Shown: in pieces, positions 10,242 through 21,158 of the stretch
Layout of the letters: every line of letters begins with the position of its first letter
How positions within the stretch are numbered: position 1 is the stretch's first letter
From: an uncultured Pelagibacteraceae bacterium
GTDB taxonomy: Bacteria; Pseudomonadota; Alphaproteobacteria; Pelagibacterales; Pelagibacteraceae
Assembly: GCA_902515965.1 (NCBI GenBank)
Contig: CABXWS010000001.1
Coordinates: 1 to 32,525 of the forward strand
Reading direction: 5' to 3'
DNA: 32,525 nt
The notes under the pieces: model-generated
Databases searched by the model: none
The model's input: only the letters and a program-made list of their open reading frames with translations
What the model was told of the DNA's origin: nothing
Position numbers and translations under genes: made by a program

Positions 10242-11614
10242 TGAATATAATCATCTGTGGTGCAGGTAGAGTAGGTTTTACTATTGCAAAATTATTAACT
10301 GATCAAAATCACTCAATTACAGTTATTGATCAATCTAGTGATGATATACAAAGGATCAATGAGTCTTTAGATGTAAAGGCTATTGTTGGAAAAGCTACTT
10401 CACCTGAAATTCTAGATAGAGCTAACACAGCTGATGCAGACATGTTAATTGCAGTTACAAGAAATGATGAAATTAACATGTTAATCTGTCAAATAGCATA
10501 TTCATTATTTAAAGTACCAAAAAAAATAGCCAGAATTAGATCCCAAGAATACCTAGATCCAAAATTTTCAACTCTTTTTAATAAAGATAATTTACCAATT
10601 GATTATGTAATATCTCCAGAGCTAGAAATTGCTAAATCACTACAAAGAAAATTAGAAGCACCTGGCACTTTAGATAACGTACCTTTTGCTGATAACAAGA
10701 TAAGATTACTTGAGATTCTAATTGATGAAAAATGTCCTATCCATGATATTAAACTTAAAGAATTAACAAATAAATTTCCAAAACTTAATGCATATATTCT
10801 AGGAGTTATCCGTGAAGAAAAATTCAAGATATTAAAAAAGAATGATGAATTAAAACATAACGATAAGGCTTACGTAATTGTTAATTCATCTCAGATGGAA
10901 GAAACACTCAAAATTTTTGGACATAATGAAAAAATTGCTAATAAAATTTTAATTATTGGTGGAGGAAATATAGGTTTTAATTTAGCATCAAACATAGAAA
11001 ACAACTTTGATGAAGCAAGAGTAAAAATTATAGAAAAAGACAAATCCAGAGCTGAATTTATTGCAAATTATTTAAATGACACAATTGTTATTAATGGGAA
11101 CGGACTTGACGAGGATGTTTTAAGCGAGGCAAATCTTGAAGAAGTAGAAACTGTGTTAGCTTTAACTAATGACGATGAAGATAATTTGATGGTTAGTGTT
11201 TTAGTAGAGAAATTCTCTAAAAATAAAAGGACGATGGCATTAATAAACAAACCAAACTATTCACTTTTACAATCCTCATTAAAAATCGATGATTTAATCG
11301 ATCCAAGGATGAGCACTGTTTCTAGTATTCTAAAACATGTCCACAAAGGCACAATAGAAAATGCTTACACTATATTAAATGGAGAATATGAAGTGATAGA
11401 AGCTGATATTTTAGAGACATCTGAATTAATTAATAAAGAATTACGTAATTCTGATTTGCCAGATGAAATTAGAGTAGGTGCAATTTTAAGAGAAGATAAA
11501 TTTATATTGCCTTCTTCAAAATATGTTTTTCAAAAAAATGATACTGTTGTTTTGCTTGCAAAAAGAGATCAATTACCACTTGTAGAAAATCTGTTTAGAA
11601 TTAGTTCTATTTAA
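10241..11614 (+). CDS. trkA: Trk potassium uptake regulatory subunit
   Basis: Two RCK Rossmann motifs (ICGAGRVG, IGGGNIG), 457 aa, ntrX-trkA order. Confidence 0.95.
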   Translation: MNIIICGAGRVGFTIAKLLTDQNHSITVIDQSSDDIQRINESLDVKAIVGKATSPEILDRANTADADMLIAVTRNDEINMLICQIAYSLFKVPKKIARIRSQEYLDPKFSTLFNKDNLPIDYVISPELEIAKSLQRKLEAPGTLDNVPFADNKIRLLEILIDEKCPIHDIKLKELTNKFPKLNAYILGVIREEKFKILKKNDELKHNDKAYVIVNSSQMEETLKIFGHNEKIANKILIIGGGNIGFNLASNIENNFDEARVKIIEKDKSRAEFIANYLNDTIVINGNGLDEDVLSEANLEEVETVLALTNDDEDNLMVSVLVEKFSKNKRTMALINKPNYSLLQSSLKIDDLIDPRMSTVSSILKHVHKGTIENAYTILNGEYEVIEADILETSELINKELRNSDLPDEIRVGAILREDKFILPSSKYVFQKNDTVVLLAKRDQLPLVENLFRISSI

Positions 11615-11617
11615 TTC

Positions 11618-13027
11618 ATGAGCATTTTCAGTTTAAAATACTTAGGGGTATTCTCACTTATTATAAGTTTTTTTTCAATTTTTAATATAATTTATTCATA
11701 TTATTTTAATATTCTTGATAATTTAACCAATTATATAATCACATTTGTATTAAGTTTTTTTTTGGGAAACGTTTTAATCATAACCAAAAAATATAAGTTT
11801 TTAAAAGTTAATTTATATGAGAGAATTTTAACAGTTTTCATAGGCTATATTTTTTTACCATTAATAATTTCAATACCATATTTTTTGAGTAGTGAAAATT
11901 TAGGTTTTTTCAACTCATATTTTGAATCTGTTTCAGGTTTTACATCTACAGGATTTACAGTATTTAATAACATAAATCAAATAGACCAAACATTAATATT
12001 ATGGAGATCTAGCTCTCAATGGATTGGTGGTTTATATTTCCTCTTTTCAATATTGCTATTAATTGATATTTTCGACGAGAACCTAAAAAAATCTTTAACG
12101 AATTATATCTCACTCAATAATTCTGAAATATTTAAACAAATTTTTAAAATATTAGTAATTTATATTTTTTTAACATTTTTCATATTTGTTTTATTAAAAT
12201 TAATTAATTTAAGATCCTATGATGCATTAAATTATTCATTAACAATAATTTCTTCAGGAGGATTTTTGCCAAATAATAACTTTGATTTAATTTTTTCAGA
12301 TGACTTAAGTAAGATTGTTCTTTCAGTTTCTATGTTGTTATCTTTTTTTAGCCTTTTTTTCATATATAATTTAATTTTTTTTAAAAAGAAAAATATTAAT
12401 TATCTAAGTGAAGATATAAATATTTTAATATATTTGATATTAATAATAATTATATTTTTTATTTTCTTGAATTATGATAATAACTTTTTAAATATACTTG
12501 TATCAATATGCAGTAGTGTTTCTAATATAGGAATTTCCTTTAACCAAATACCAAATAATCTTGCATTTGTTTTTCTTATTCTTGTAATTTTAGGAGGATC
12601 TTTTTTTTCAACAAGTTCAGGATTAAGAGTTATAAAAGTTATAACTCTAATCAAATTTTCAATTAATAATATTCTTTCTCACTCAAAACCGAATCAAATA
12701 TATTCCAATAAATTATCTTTAAATAAAATAAGTGCAAAGAATACAGATATTAATAAGTATTTTTTGGCTATAATAATATTTTTAATTTCTTTGTTTATAA
12801 TTACTTTTTTATTAACTATTTCTAATATTGAATTTGAAACCTCTTTTAAGTTAGGGATCTTAACAATAATGAATACGGTAAACTCTGAAATGTATAATTT
12901 GCACGGATTAAATTTTTATAACTTTAATCTTTTAAGTAAAATATCATTAGTAATCTTCATGATTATTGGTAGAATTGAACTACTTTCAGTAATAATTTTA
13001 ATAAAGAAATTTCTTTTCAAAAGTTAA
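11618..13027 (+). CDS. trkH: Trk potassium uptake membrane subunit (divergent)
   Basis: FESVSGFTSTG, LWRSSSQWIGG, SSGGF and MIIGRIE motifs; polytopic; adjacent to trkA. Confidence 0.85.
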   Translation: MSIFSLKYLGVFSLIISFFSIFNIIYSYYFNILDNLTNYIITFVLSFFLGNVLIITKKYKFLKVNLYERILTVFIGYIFLPLIISIPYFLSSENLGFFNSYFESVSGFTSTGFTVFNNINQIDQTLILWRSSSQWIGGLYFLFSILLLIDIFDENLKKSLTNYISLNNSEIFKQIFKILVIYIFLTFFIFVLLKLINLRSYDALNYSLTIISSGGFLPNNNFDLIFSDDLSKIVLSVSMLLSFFSLFFIYNLIFFKKKNINYLSEDINILIYLILIIIIFFIFLNYDNNFLNILVSICSSVSNIGISFNQIPNNLAFVFLILVILGGSFFSTSSGLRVIKVITLIKFSINNILSHSKPNQIYSNKLSLNKISAKNTDINKYFLAIIIFLISLFIITFLLTISNIEFETSFKLGILTIMNTVNSEMYNLHGLNFYNFNLLSKISLVIFMIIGRIELLSVIILIKKFLFKS

Positions 13028-13051
13028 TTTAGTATTATAAATCTTCTAAAA

Positions 13052-13128
13052 GCGCTCTTAGCTCAGCTGGATAGAGCAACGGTTTTCTAAACCGTAGGTC
13101 GAAGGTTCGAATCCTTCAGAGCGCGCCA
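13052..13128 (+). tRNA. tRNA-Arg(UCU)
   Basis: Acceptor stem GCGCTCT/AGAGCGC, anticodon arm ACGGT-TTTCTAA-ACCGT, GTTCGAATC T-loop, encoded CCA. Confidence 0.97.
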
Positions 13129-13193
13129 ATTATTCATACATAACGCGACTAATTTAAGATTGATGAGGCACTTTGTTTCTGCTTTACTTGCTC

Positions 13194-13230
13194 TATTCAA
13201 AAAATAATTTTGAATAATTTGTTAACAAAT
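13194..13230. promoter_or_regulatory. Two abutting dyads upstream of aapJ (candidate operator or leader hairpins)
   Basis: TATTCAAAA-N5-TTTTGAATA (13194-13216) followed by the perfect palindrome ATTTGTTAACAAAT (13217-13230); GAGGA RBS at 13241. Confidence 0.4.
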
Positions 13231-13252
13231 AAATAAACAAGAGGAATATATA

Positions 13253-14293
13253 ATGTTTAAATTAGTAAAACGATTGACTTCAGTTGTTGCTATGTTTGCT
13301 GTTTTGTTCACTTTTACAACAGAAACTATGGCTGCAAAAAAGTCAAAAACTCTTAAAAACACTCAAAAAAAAGGATTTGTGAGATGTGGTGTTTCGCAAG
13401 GTCTTCCAGGATTTTCTAATGCTGATGAGGCAGGTAACTGGACAGGTGTTGACGTAGACGTATGTAGAGCAGTAGCTGCAGCTGTGCTAGGTGATGCAAG
13501 TAAAGTTAAATTTACTCCACTAAGTGCAAAAGAAAGATTTACTGCATTAACATCTAATGAAATAGATATCCTATCAAGAAATACTACTTGGACTCTTTCA
13601 AGAGATGCAGATATTGGTCTTACTTTCGTAGGTGTAAATTTCTATGATGGCCAAGGTTTTATGGTTAGAAAAAACTCTGGAATTTCATCTGTGAATGATT
13701 TTAAAGCTGGTGTTTCTGCTTGTACTAACTTAGGAACAACTACTGAGCTTAATATGAGAGATTTCTTTAATTCAAAAGGAATTAAATATGAGCCAGTAAC
13801 ATTTGAAAAAGCTGACGAAGTTGTTGCTGCATACGATGCAGGTAGATGTGATACATATACTACAGATAAATCTGGTTTGGCTGCTCAAAGAATTAAATTA
13901 AGCAATCCAAATGATCATGTAGTTTTACCTGAAACGATTTCTAAAGAGCCATTAGGACCAGTTGTTAGACAAGGTGATTCTGTTTGGGAAGATATCGTAA
14001 GATGGTCTTTAAACACTATGATCGAAGCTGAAGAATATGGTGTATCCTCATCAAACGCTGACATGATGAAAACTTCAGATAACCCTGCAGTTAAAAGACT
14101 AGTTGGTGCAGAAGGTGAATTGGGAGCTGCTTTAGGTTTAGATAATGAGTGGAGTTTAAGAATAATCAAGCAAGTTGGAAACTACGGTGAAAGCTATAAA
14201 AGAAATATAGCAGACACTGGAATTTTACCTGATAGAGGTCCAAATGAATTATGGACTAAAGGTGGAATATTATACGTACCACCTGCAAGATAA
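13253..14293 (+). CDS. aapJ: General L-amino acid ABC transporter substrate-binding protein (AapJ/BztA/YhdW)
   Basis: Signal peptide, CGVSQGLPGFS, DVCRAVAAAVLGD, LSRNTTWT, ISKEPLGP and QVGNYGE motifs. Confidence 0.93.
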   Translation: MFKLVKRLTSVVAMFAVLFTFTTETMAAKKSKTLKNTQKKGFVRCGVSQGLPGFSNADEAGNWTGVDVDVCRAVAAAVLGDASKVKFTPLSAKERFTALTSNEIDILSRNTTWTLSRDADIGLTFVGVNFYDGQGFMVRKNSGISSVNDFKAGVSACTNLGTTTELNMRDFFNSKGIKYEPVTFEKADEVVAAYDAGRCDTYTTDKSGLAAQRIKLSNPNDHVVLPETISKEPLGPVVRQGDSVWEDIVRWSLNTMIEAEEYGVSSSNADMMKTSDNPAVKRLVGAEGELGAALGLDNEWSLRIIKQVGNYGESYKRNIADTGILPDRGPNELWTKGGILYVPPAR

Positions 14294-14311
14294 TTCTTGT
14301 AAAATACAATT

Positions 14312-14344
14312 AAAGAGGGCTAGATTTTTCTAGCCCTTTTTTTT
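14312..14344 (+). terminator. Intrinsic terminator-like hairpin between aapJ and aapQ
   Basis: AGGGCTAGA-TTTT-TCTAGCCCT followed by a T tract. Confidence 0.85.
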
Positions 14345-14361
14345 ATATATCTTATTTAGTT

Positions 14362-15507
14362 GTGAATTTTAAAAAATTATTACCCCAGCTACTAACACTT
14401 TTAGTTGTTATCCTTATATTTGGATTTTTTTCATACAATGCACAAGTTAATATGGAAAATCGAGGTATTACTTTTGGGTATGGATTTTTATCACAAGAAT
14501 CATCTTTTGATGTCCAATTTTCTCTTATAGAATATGATGGCTCTCATTCTTATTTTAGAGCTTACCTAGTTGGATTGTTAAATACAATTCTAGTTTCAGT
14601 TGTTGGAATAATTTTTGCAACTATAATTGGCGTAATTGTTGGTATAGCAAGATTATCAAATAATTTCTTAATTGAAAGAGCCGCATCAGCTTATGTAGAG
14701 TTCTTTAGAAATATTCCATTATTATTACAGATATTTTTTTGGTATTTTGCGGCTCTAAGGGCATTACCTTTACCTGAAAAAGCAGAACCAATGTTTGGAG
14801 TTTTCTTTCTAACAATTAAAGGATTCTTTATACCTTCATTTGTTTGGAATAATATAGATGTCTTTGTTTATTCATTAATTGCTTCAATCATTTCCATATT
14901 TTTTGTTAAAATTTACGCTAAAAAGAAGCAAGAAAAGGAGGGTATTCAAACTCCGATGTTACTAATTGCTTTTGGTTTATTAATTATTTTGCCTTTATTA
15001 AGTTATCTTTTTGGAGGTGTTACTACATCTGTAGAGGTACCAGTAATTAAGCAATTATCACAAAATTCATTTACATTCGAAGGAGGTCTAAAATTACCAC
15101 CAGAATTAATATCATTAGCTCTGGCTTTATCATTGTATACAGCAACTTTTATAGCTGAAAATGTAAGAGCAGGTGTTCAAGGGGTTGGGAAAGGTCAAAA
15201 AGAAGCCGCTGCTTCTATAGGATTAACCCCCAATCAAGTATTGAAGCTAGTTGTCATGCCACAAGCATTAAGAATAATAATTCCACCAACAACTAATCAA
15301 TACTTAAACTTAACTAAAAATTCGTCATTAGCAGCAGCTATTGCTTATCCAGATTTAGTATTGGTTTTTGCAGGTACAGCTTTAATGCAAACAGGAAGAG
15401 CAATTGAAATTGTATCAATTACAATGTTAACTTATTTATCTTTAAGTATTTCAATCTCAATTCTTATGAATTGGTATAATAAAAAAATTGCAATTAAAGA
15501 AAAATAA
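14362..15507 (+). CDS. aapQ: Amino acid ABC transporter permease (AapQ/BztB)
   Basis: GTG start; YVEFFRNIPLLLQ, AENVRAG, EAA loop and YLNLTKNSSLA. Confidence 0.92.
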   Translation: MNFKKLLPQLLTLLVVILIFGFFSYNAQVNMENRGITFGYGFLSQESSFDVQFSLIEYDGSHSYFRAYLVGLLNTILVSVVGIIFATIIGVIVGIARLSNNFLIERAASAYVEFFRNIPLLLQIFFWYFAALRALPLPEKAEPMFGVFFLTIKGFFIPSFVWNNIDVFVYSLIASIISIFFVKIYAKKKQEKEGIQTPMLLIAFGLLIILPLLSYLFGGVTTSVEVPVIKQLSQNSFTFEGGLKLPPELISLALALSLYTATFIAENVRAGVQGVGKGQKEAAASIGLTPNQVLKLVVMPQALRIIIPPTTNQYLNLTKNSSLAAAIAYPDLVLVFAGTALMQTGRAIEIVSITMLTYLSLSISISILMNWYNKKIAIKEK

Positions 15508-16949
15508 TGAAAAAATCAACATTATTAACTCCTGACAAAAATAATTTACTTACTTATTTATCTGTAGGATTAACTCTATTTTTTTTTAGTGTTTTAGACG
15601 TTGTTCTTGGTTCTTTTTATAATATTAATTTAACTTCATTTTTGCCAGGTGTCTTAAGTTTTTTGCTACCTTTATTCCTGGGGTTTATAGGTTTGCATTT
15701 TATAAGAATTGAGTATTCAGGAATTAAATTTCTAGATTTAATAAATAAAAATATAAACACAAACTCATTTAATGCTTTATTATCTCTATTAATTATTTTT
15801 ATAATAATTAAATTATCACCACCAACACTTAGCTGGTTTATTTTAGATGCAAGTATTGCAGGGGATAGTAAAGATGCTTGTTCTGGTTCAGGTGCTTGTT
15901 GGACATATATAAAAGTTTGGTTTAATAGATTTATGTATGGAATGTATCCTAATGAAGAACAATGGAGGATTAATATCTCATTTATTTCTTTGGCTTTTCT
16001 TGGATCAGTTGGTTTTTTTACAACAGAAAAATTAAAAAAATATTTAACGTTATATTATGTTGTTATTTATCCATTGATAGCATTGCTATTTATATATTTT
16101 TTTATTTCAGGAGGACCAATATTTTTTGACTTTTCTTATGGAATAATTGCTGCAGTTGTATCAATCATAATTGGTTTTTTCATTCCTTCAAAATTTAAAA
16201 TGTATTATTTTATAATAGTACCAATTACAATTTATATATTATTAAAGTATGTTTTCTTTTATGAAGAACTGATTGAATTAGGAAAACTAGAATCTCTTGA
16301 GTGGGTTGAAACAGGTGCTTGGGGTGGTTTGTCTTTAACTTTTATTGTCTCATTTTTTTGCTTAATATTTTGTTTTCCAATTGGATTATTTTTATCTTTG
16401 GGGAGAAGATCTGATTTACCAATAATTAAATATATATCTATAGGTTTTATAGAATTTTGGCGTGGAGTACCATTAATTACAGTACTGTTTATGTCATCAG
16501 TTATGTTTCCAATGTTTCTACCAGAAGACATGTTTATTGATAAACTTGTCAGAGTTATTATTGCAATCTCTTTATTTGAAGCTGCTTATGTGGCAGAAGT
16601 GATAAGAGGAGGTTTACAAGCTTTACCAAGAGGTCAATACGATGCTGCAAAATCATTAGGTATGGGTTACTGGAAGATGCATATATTCGTTATTTTACCT
16701 CAAGCTCTAAAATTAGTTATACCCGGTATTGCAAATACATTTCTTGCCTTAGTGAAAGACACACCACTAATTTTTGTAGTTGGATTATTAGAATTGGCAG
16801 GGATGTTAGGTTTGGCAAAAACTAATCCAAAATGGCTTGGTTATGCAATGGAGGGATATGTATTTGCATCAATTGTATTTTTTATTATTTGCTATGCAAT
16901 GAGTAAATATAGTTATAATTTAGAACAAAAATATAAAACTGAAAGATAA
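15507..16949 (+). CDS. aapM: Amino acid ABC transporter permease (AapM/BztC), extended
   Basis: [44 protein letters not shown] and KDT motifs. Confidence 0.92.
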   Translation: MKKSTLLTPDKNNLLTYLSVGLTLFFFSVLDVVLGSFYNINLTSFLPGVLSFLLPLFLGFIGLHFIRIEYSGIKFLDLINKNINTNSFNALLSLLIIFIIIKLSPPTLSWFILDASIAGDSKDACSGSGACWTYIKVWFNRFMYGMYPNEEQWRINISFISLAFLGSVGFFTTEKLKKYLTLYYVVIYPLIALLFIYFFISGGPIFFDFSYGIIAAVVSIIIGFFIPSKFKMYYFIIVPITIYILLKYVFFYEELIELGKLESLEWVETGAWGGLSLTFIVSFFCLIFCFPIGLFLSLGRRSDLPIIKYISIGFIEFWRGVPLITVLFMSSVMFPMFLPEDMFIDKLVRVIIAISLFEAAYVAEVIRGGLQALPRGQYDAAKSLGMGYWKMHIFVILPQALKLVIPGIANTFLALVKDTPLIFVVGLLELAGMLGLAKTNPKWLGYAMEGYVFASIVFFIICYAMSKYSYNLEQKYKTER

Positions 16950-17683
16950 TGTCCAATAAAATCATACAAATAAAAGAAATGAATAAATGGTTTGGAGACT
17001 TTCAGGTATTAAAAAATATTAATTTAGACGTAGAAAAAAATAAAAAAATTGTTGTCTGTGGTCCATCTGGCTCAGGTAAATCTACATTAATTAGATGTAT
17101 TAATAGACTTGAAGAACATCAAGAAGGATCAATTATTGTTGATGGAAATGAATTAACAGAAGACACAAAAAATATTGAAGCAATAAGAGCAGAAGTTGGA
17201 ATGGTTTTTCAACAATTCAATCTATTTCCACACTTATCTATATTAGATAACTGTACTCTAGCTCCTATTTGGGTTAAAAAAATGCCTAAACAAAAAGCAG
17301 AGGAACTTGCAATGGAGCATCTAAATCAAGTTCAAATTAGCGATCAAGCACAAAAATTTCCAGGACAATTGTCAGGAGGACAGCAGCAAAGATGTGCAAT
17401 TGCTAGAGCATTGTGTATGGAACCTAAAATTATGCTATTTGATGAGCCAACTTCTGCTCTTGATCCAGAGATGATTAAAGAAGTCTTAGATGCTATGGTA
17501 AACTTAGCAAAAGCAGGCATGACAATGATTGTTGTTACACATGAGATGGGTTTTGCCAAAGAAGTAGCAGATGAGGTAATATTTATGGATGAAGGCATGA
17601 TCGTAGAACAAGCAGAAACGAAAGAATTTTTCGCTAATCCAAAAAGTGATAGAACTAAGCTTTTTTTAAGCCAAATATTATAA
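16949..17683 (+). CDS. aapP: Amino acid ABC transporter ATP-binding protein (AapP/BztD)
   Basis: [27 protein letters not shown] and VTHEMGFA. Confidence 0.95.
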   Translation: MSNKIIQIKEMNKWFGDFQVLKNINLDVEKNKKIVVCGPSGSGKSTLIRCINRLEEHQEGSIIVDGNELTEDTKNIEAIRAEVGMVFQQFNLFPHLSILDNCTLAPIWVKKMPKQKAEELAMEHLNQVQISDQAQKFPGQLSGGQQQRCAIARALCMEPKIMLFDEPTSALDPEMIKEVLDAMVNLAKAGMTMIVVTHEMGFAKEVADEVIFMDEGMIVEQAETKEFFANPKSDRTKLFLSQIL

Positions 17684-17827
17684 AAATTTATCTAAATCAC
17701 AAAAAAAGTTGCTTGACAGCTTTATCAAATGCTAAAAATTATTATTTTTTTTAAAATTATTTTACTTGAAATAACTTTTTGATTTCTATTAACTCTGAAT
17801 AATATTTTAATTAAAGAGGGGTCTTTG

Positions 17828-18199
17828 ATGGAAGAAAATTTCAATAAACATCTTGGTAACAAGTTAAAACTAAGACGTTTAGCACTTGGTTTAACGCAAA
17901 CTAAAGTAGCAAAAGCAATAAATGTTACATTTCAACAAATACAAAAATACGAAAAAGGAACAAATGGGGTTAGTTCAATAAGATTATTGCAATTATCTAA
18001 TTATCTTAAGGTTCCTATAAACTATTTTTTTGAGGATTTTTCAGAGTACTTAATAAATTTAGAAAGATCAAAAGAGGGCCACATGAACGTTAATTATAAT
18101 TTTTTAATTAAAGTTTATTCTGAGCTTACTCAAGATCAAAAAATTAAGTTTAATAAAAATTTGCAAATCAATCAGGTAAATATTTCCAAAACAGGATAA
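17828..18199 (+). CDS. XRE-family helix-turn-helix transcriptional regulator
   Basis: RRLALGLTQ...VTFQQIQKYEKGTN HTH_3 signature; AGAGGG RBS 7 nt before ATG 17828. Confidence 0.88.
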   Translation: MEENFNKHLGNKLKLRRLALGLTQTKVAKAINVTFQQIQKYEKGTNGVSSIRLLQLSNYLKVPINYFFEDFSEYLINLERSKEGHMNVNYNFLIKVYSELTQDQKIKFNKNLQINQVNISKTG

Positions 18200-18212
18200 C
18201 TAGATAAAAAAT

Positions 18213-18288
18213 TGGCTCCTCGGGCAGGACTCGAACCTGCGACCAATTGATTAACAGTCAACTGCTCTACCAACTGAGCTACCGAGGA
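18213..18288 (-). tRNA. tRNA-Asn(GUU)
   Basis: Reverse complement reads TCCTCGGTAGCTCAGTTGGTAGAGCAGTTGACTGTTAATCAATTGGTCGCAGGTTCGAGTCCTGCCCGAGGAGCCA. Confidence 0.97.
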
Positions 18289-18341
18289 ATATAAAAACTC
18301 AACTTACTTTTTTTTTTTATTAAAACAACAAAAAAAGATTT

Positions 18342-18415
18342 TGGAGGCAACGCCCGGAATCGAACCGGGATACAAGGATTTGCAATCCTCTGCGTAACCA
18401 TTCCGCCACGTTGCC
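18342..18415 (-). tRNA. tRNA-Cys(GCA)
   Basis: Reverse complement reads GGCAACGTGGCGGAATGGTTACGCAGAGGATTGCAAATCCTTGTATCCCGGTTCGATTCCGGGCGTTGCCTCCA. Confidence 0.97.
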
Positions 18416-18530
18416 CTGCATTATATATACAATGATTTCATATATAATTAATTTTATAATTTAGTCTATAAATTTAACTGCTAATTTCATTGTTGTTTAT
18501 TAAAATGATTAATTTATAAAATAATCTTTC

Positions 18531-21158
18531 ATGAGTTCAGACAAATATATTCACGAAAATGTTGAAAATAAGATCTATTCTTATTGGGAAGAAAAAAAAT
18601 TATTTAAGCCAAAATCTAATAAAAAAAAATTTTCAATAGTTATACCTCCTCCAAATGTAACTGGTAGTTTGCATATGGGTCATGCATTAAATAATTCTAT
18701 TCAAGATTTGTTAACGCGATATCATCGTATGAATAATTTTGAAACTTTATGGCAGCCAGGAACTGATCACGCAGGAATTGCCACTCAGGCATTAGTTGAG
18801 AAAAAATTGAAATCTGAGGGAATAGATAAAAATGATTTAGGAAGGGAAAAATTTATTGAAAAAGTATGGGAATGGAAAGCTCAATATGGGGATATCATAA
18901 TTAATCAGTTAAAAAAGTTAGGATGTTCTTGTGATTGGTCAAGAAATGCATTCACTATGGATGATAATTTATCTAAATCCGTTTTAAAAGTTTTTGTTGA
19001 AATGCATAAAAAGGGACTAATTTATAAATCAAAAAAATTAGTTAATTGGGATACTGTTTTAAAAACAGCTATTTCGGATTTAGAAGTAGACCAAAGAGAA
19101 GTTAATTCAAAACTTTATTATATAAATTATCCTATTGAAGGAACCGATAATTTTATAACCATTGCAACAACAAGACCTGAAACAATGTTAGGGGATACTG
19201 CAATAGCGGTCAATCCATCCGATGACAGATACAAATCCTTTGTTAATAAAAATGTTATAATTCCAATAATTGAAAGAAAAATAAAAATAATTGAAGATGA
19301 ATATGCAGATCCTGAACAGGGCACTGGCGCTGTTAAAATAACACCTGCACATGATTTTAATGATTACGATGTTGGAGAAAGAAATAATTTAGAAATAATA
19401 AACATTTTTACTCCTGATGGAAAAATTAACGATAATGCACCAGATAATTATATTGGTCTTGATAGATTTGAAGCAAGAAAAAGAATTTTGAAAGAACTTT
19501 CGGATAAACATTTACTTATAAAAGAAGAAAAAATTAAGAATAAAGTTCCTTATGGCGACAGATCAAATTCAATTATTGAACCGTATTTGACAGAACAATG
19601 GTTTGCAGATGCAAAGAAACTATCAATAAAAGCTAAAGAAATTGTAAATAATAAAACAACCAATTTTTTTCCCCCAAATTGGTCAAAAACTTATTTTCAA
19701 TGGATGGATAATATAGAGCCTTGGTGCATTTCAAGACAACTTTGGTGGGGACATCAAATACCTGCATGGTATGGGCCTGATGGTAAAGTATTTGTTGATG
19801 AAACAAAAGAAGGTGCAAAAAAATTAGCTAAAGAACATTACAAAAAGGATGTTGAATTAATTAGAGATCCTGATGTTCTCGATACATGGTTTTCATCTGG
19901 ATTATGGCCCTTTGCAACATTAGGTTGGCCTGAAAAAAATGAATATTTAGATAAATTTTATCCAACTTCGGTATTAGTTACAGGTTTTGATATTATTTTT
20001 TTTTGGGTTGCAAGGATGATGATGTTTGGAATGGAATTTCAAAATAAAGAACCTTTTAAAAATATATATGTTCATGCGTTAGTTAGAGATGAAAAAGGAC
20101 AAAAAATGTCGAAGTCTAAAGGTAACGTCATTGATCCTTTAGAGCTAATTGAAAAATACAGTGCCGATGCTTTGAGATTTACACTTTTATCAATGGCATC
20201 CCCAGGAAGAGATGTAAAGTTATCAGAGGATAGGGTCAAAGGTTATAGAAACTTTTTAAATAAGATATGGAATGCAAACAATTTGTTAATTCAAAATGAA
20301 TGTAAATTTGAACACGTTCAAATTCCAAAGGATATAAAACTAAATATTAATAAATGGATATTTATTGAATTTATAGATGCCAACGAAAAAATAAAAAAAT
20401 CAATTGAAAATTATAGATTTGATGAAGCTGCAAGAATTGCTTATCAATTTGTATGGCATTCATTTTGTGATTGGTATTTAGAATTATCTAAAACAATTTT
20501 TTATTCAGAAAATAATCAAAATATCGAAGAAACAAGGAATGTAGCTAGTTATGTTTTTACTCAAATTTTAGTAGTTTTACATCCATTTATACCATTTTTA
20601 ACAGAAGAAATTTGGTTGAAAAATAAGCTAGATAAAGATGGTCAAGACTTTCTGATGTTAAAGAATTGGTCAGATGTTCATGAAAGTAAGGATAATGATT
20701 ATAATGAAGTTAATGAGATAATTGAATTTGTATCAGCAATAAGATCATTCAAAAATGAAATTGAAATAAGCCCAGGTGCTTTAGTCAATATACTAATTGA
20801 TAAAATTAATCCTGATATTAAAGAATTTATTAATAGAAACTCTAATACATTAAAAAAAATTGGGCGAATAAATGACTTCTTGATTGATGAAATAAAAAAA
20901 CCTTCTGCAAATTTGATCATCAAAGGTGAAATTTATAAAATTTATTTTGATGAAAATGTTGAATTGTCTAAAATAAAAGCGACACTATTGAATAAAAAAA
21001 ATAAAATTGAGAAAGAAATGGAAAGAATTAACTCAAAATTAAATAATAAAAGTTTTATTGAAAGAGCACCAAATGATATAGTAGAACAAGAAAAGTCTAA
21101 CTTTATTAATTTAGAAAAAGATGTTAATAAATTAAATTATACTTTAGAAAGTTTGTAA
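18531..21158 (+). CDS. valS: Valine--tRNA ligase
   Basis: [45 protein letters not shown] and a C-terminal coiled coil. Confidence 0.98.
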   Translation: MSSDKYIHENVENKIYSYWEEKKLFKPKSNKKKFSIVIPPPNVTGSLHMGHALNNSIQDLLTRYHRMNNFETLWQPGTDHAGIATQALVEKKLKSEGIDKNDLGREKFIEKVWEWKAQYGDIIINQLKKLGCSCDWSRNAFTMDDNLSKSVLKVFVEMHKKGLIYKSKKLVNWDTVLKTAISDLEVDQREVNSKLYYINYPIEGTDNFITIATTRPETMLGDTAIAVNPSDDRYKSFVNKNVIIPIIERKIKIIEDEYADPEQGTGAVKITPAHDFNDYDVGERNNLEIINIFTPDGKINDNAPDNYIGLDRFEARKRILKELSDKHLLIKEEKIKNKVPYGDRSNSIIEPYLTEQWFADAKKLSIKAKEIVNNKTTNFFPPNWSKTYFQWMDNIEPWCISRQLWWGHQIPAWYGPDGKVFVDETKEGAKKLAKEHYKKDVELIRDPDVLDTWFSSGLWPFATLGWPEKNEYLDKFYPTSVLVTGFDIIFFWVARMMMFGMEFQNKEPFKNIYVHALVRDEKGQKMSKSKGNVIDPLELIEKYSADALRFTLLSMASPGRDVKLSEDRVKGYRNFLNKIWNANNLLIQNECKFEHVQIPKDIKLNINKWIFIEFIDANEKIKKSIENYRFDEAARIAYQFVWHSFCDWYLELSKTIFYSENNQNIEETRNVASYVFTQILVVLHPFIPFLTEEIWLKNKLDKDGQDFLMLKNWSDVHESKDNDYNEVNEIIEFVSAIRSFKNEIEISPGALVNILIDKINPDIKEFINRNSNTLKKIGRINDFLIDEIKKPSANLIIKGEIYKIYFDENVELSKIKATLLNKKNKIEKEMERINSKLNNKSFIERAPNDIVEQEKSNFINLEKDVNKLNYTLESL

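Noticed and set aside
13165-13185. GGCAC...TGC resembling a sigma-54 promoter upstream of aapJ
   Set aside because: GG and GC are 12 nt apart rather than the required 10, and the NtrX here lacks GAFTGA.
13052-18415. tRNA genes as integration sites flanking an island (aap operon plus XRE)
   Set aside because: No integrase, no duplicated tRNA 3' end was seen, and the enclosed genes look native.
18421-18447. TTATATAT/ATATATAA inverted repeat between tRNA-Cys and valS
   Set aside because: Low-complexity A/T sequence, likely by chance.
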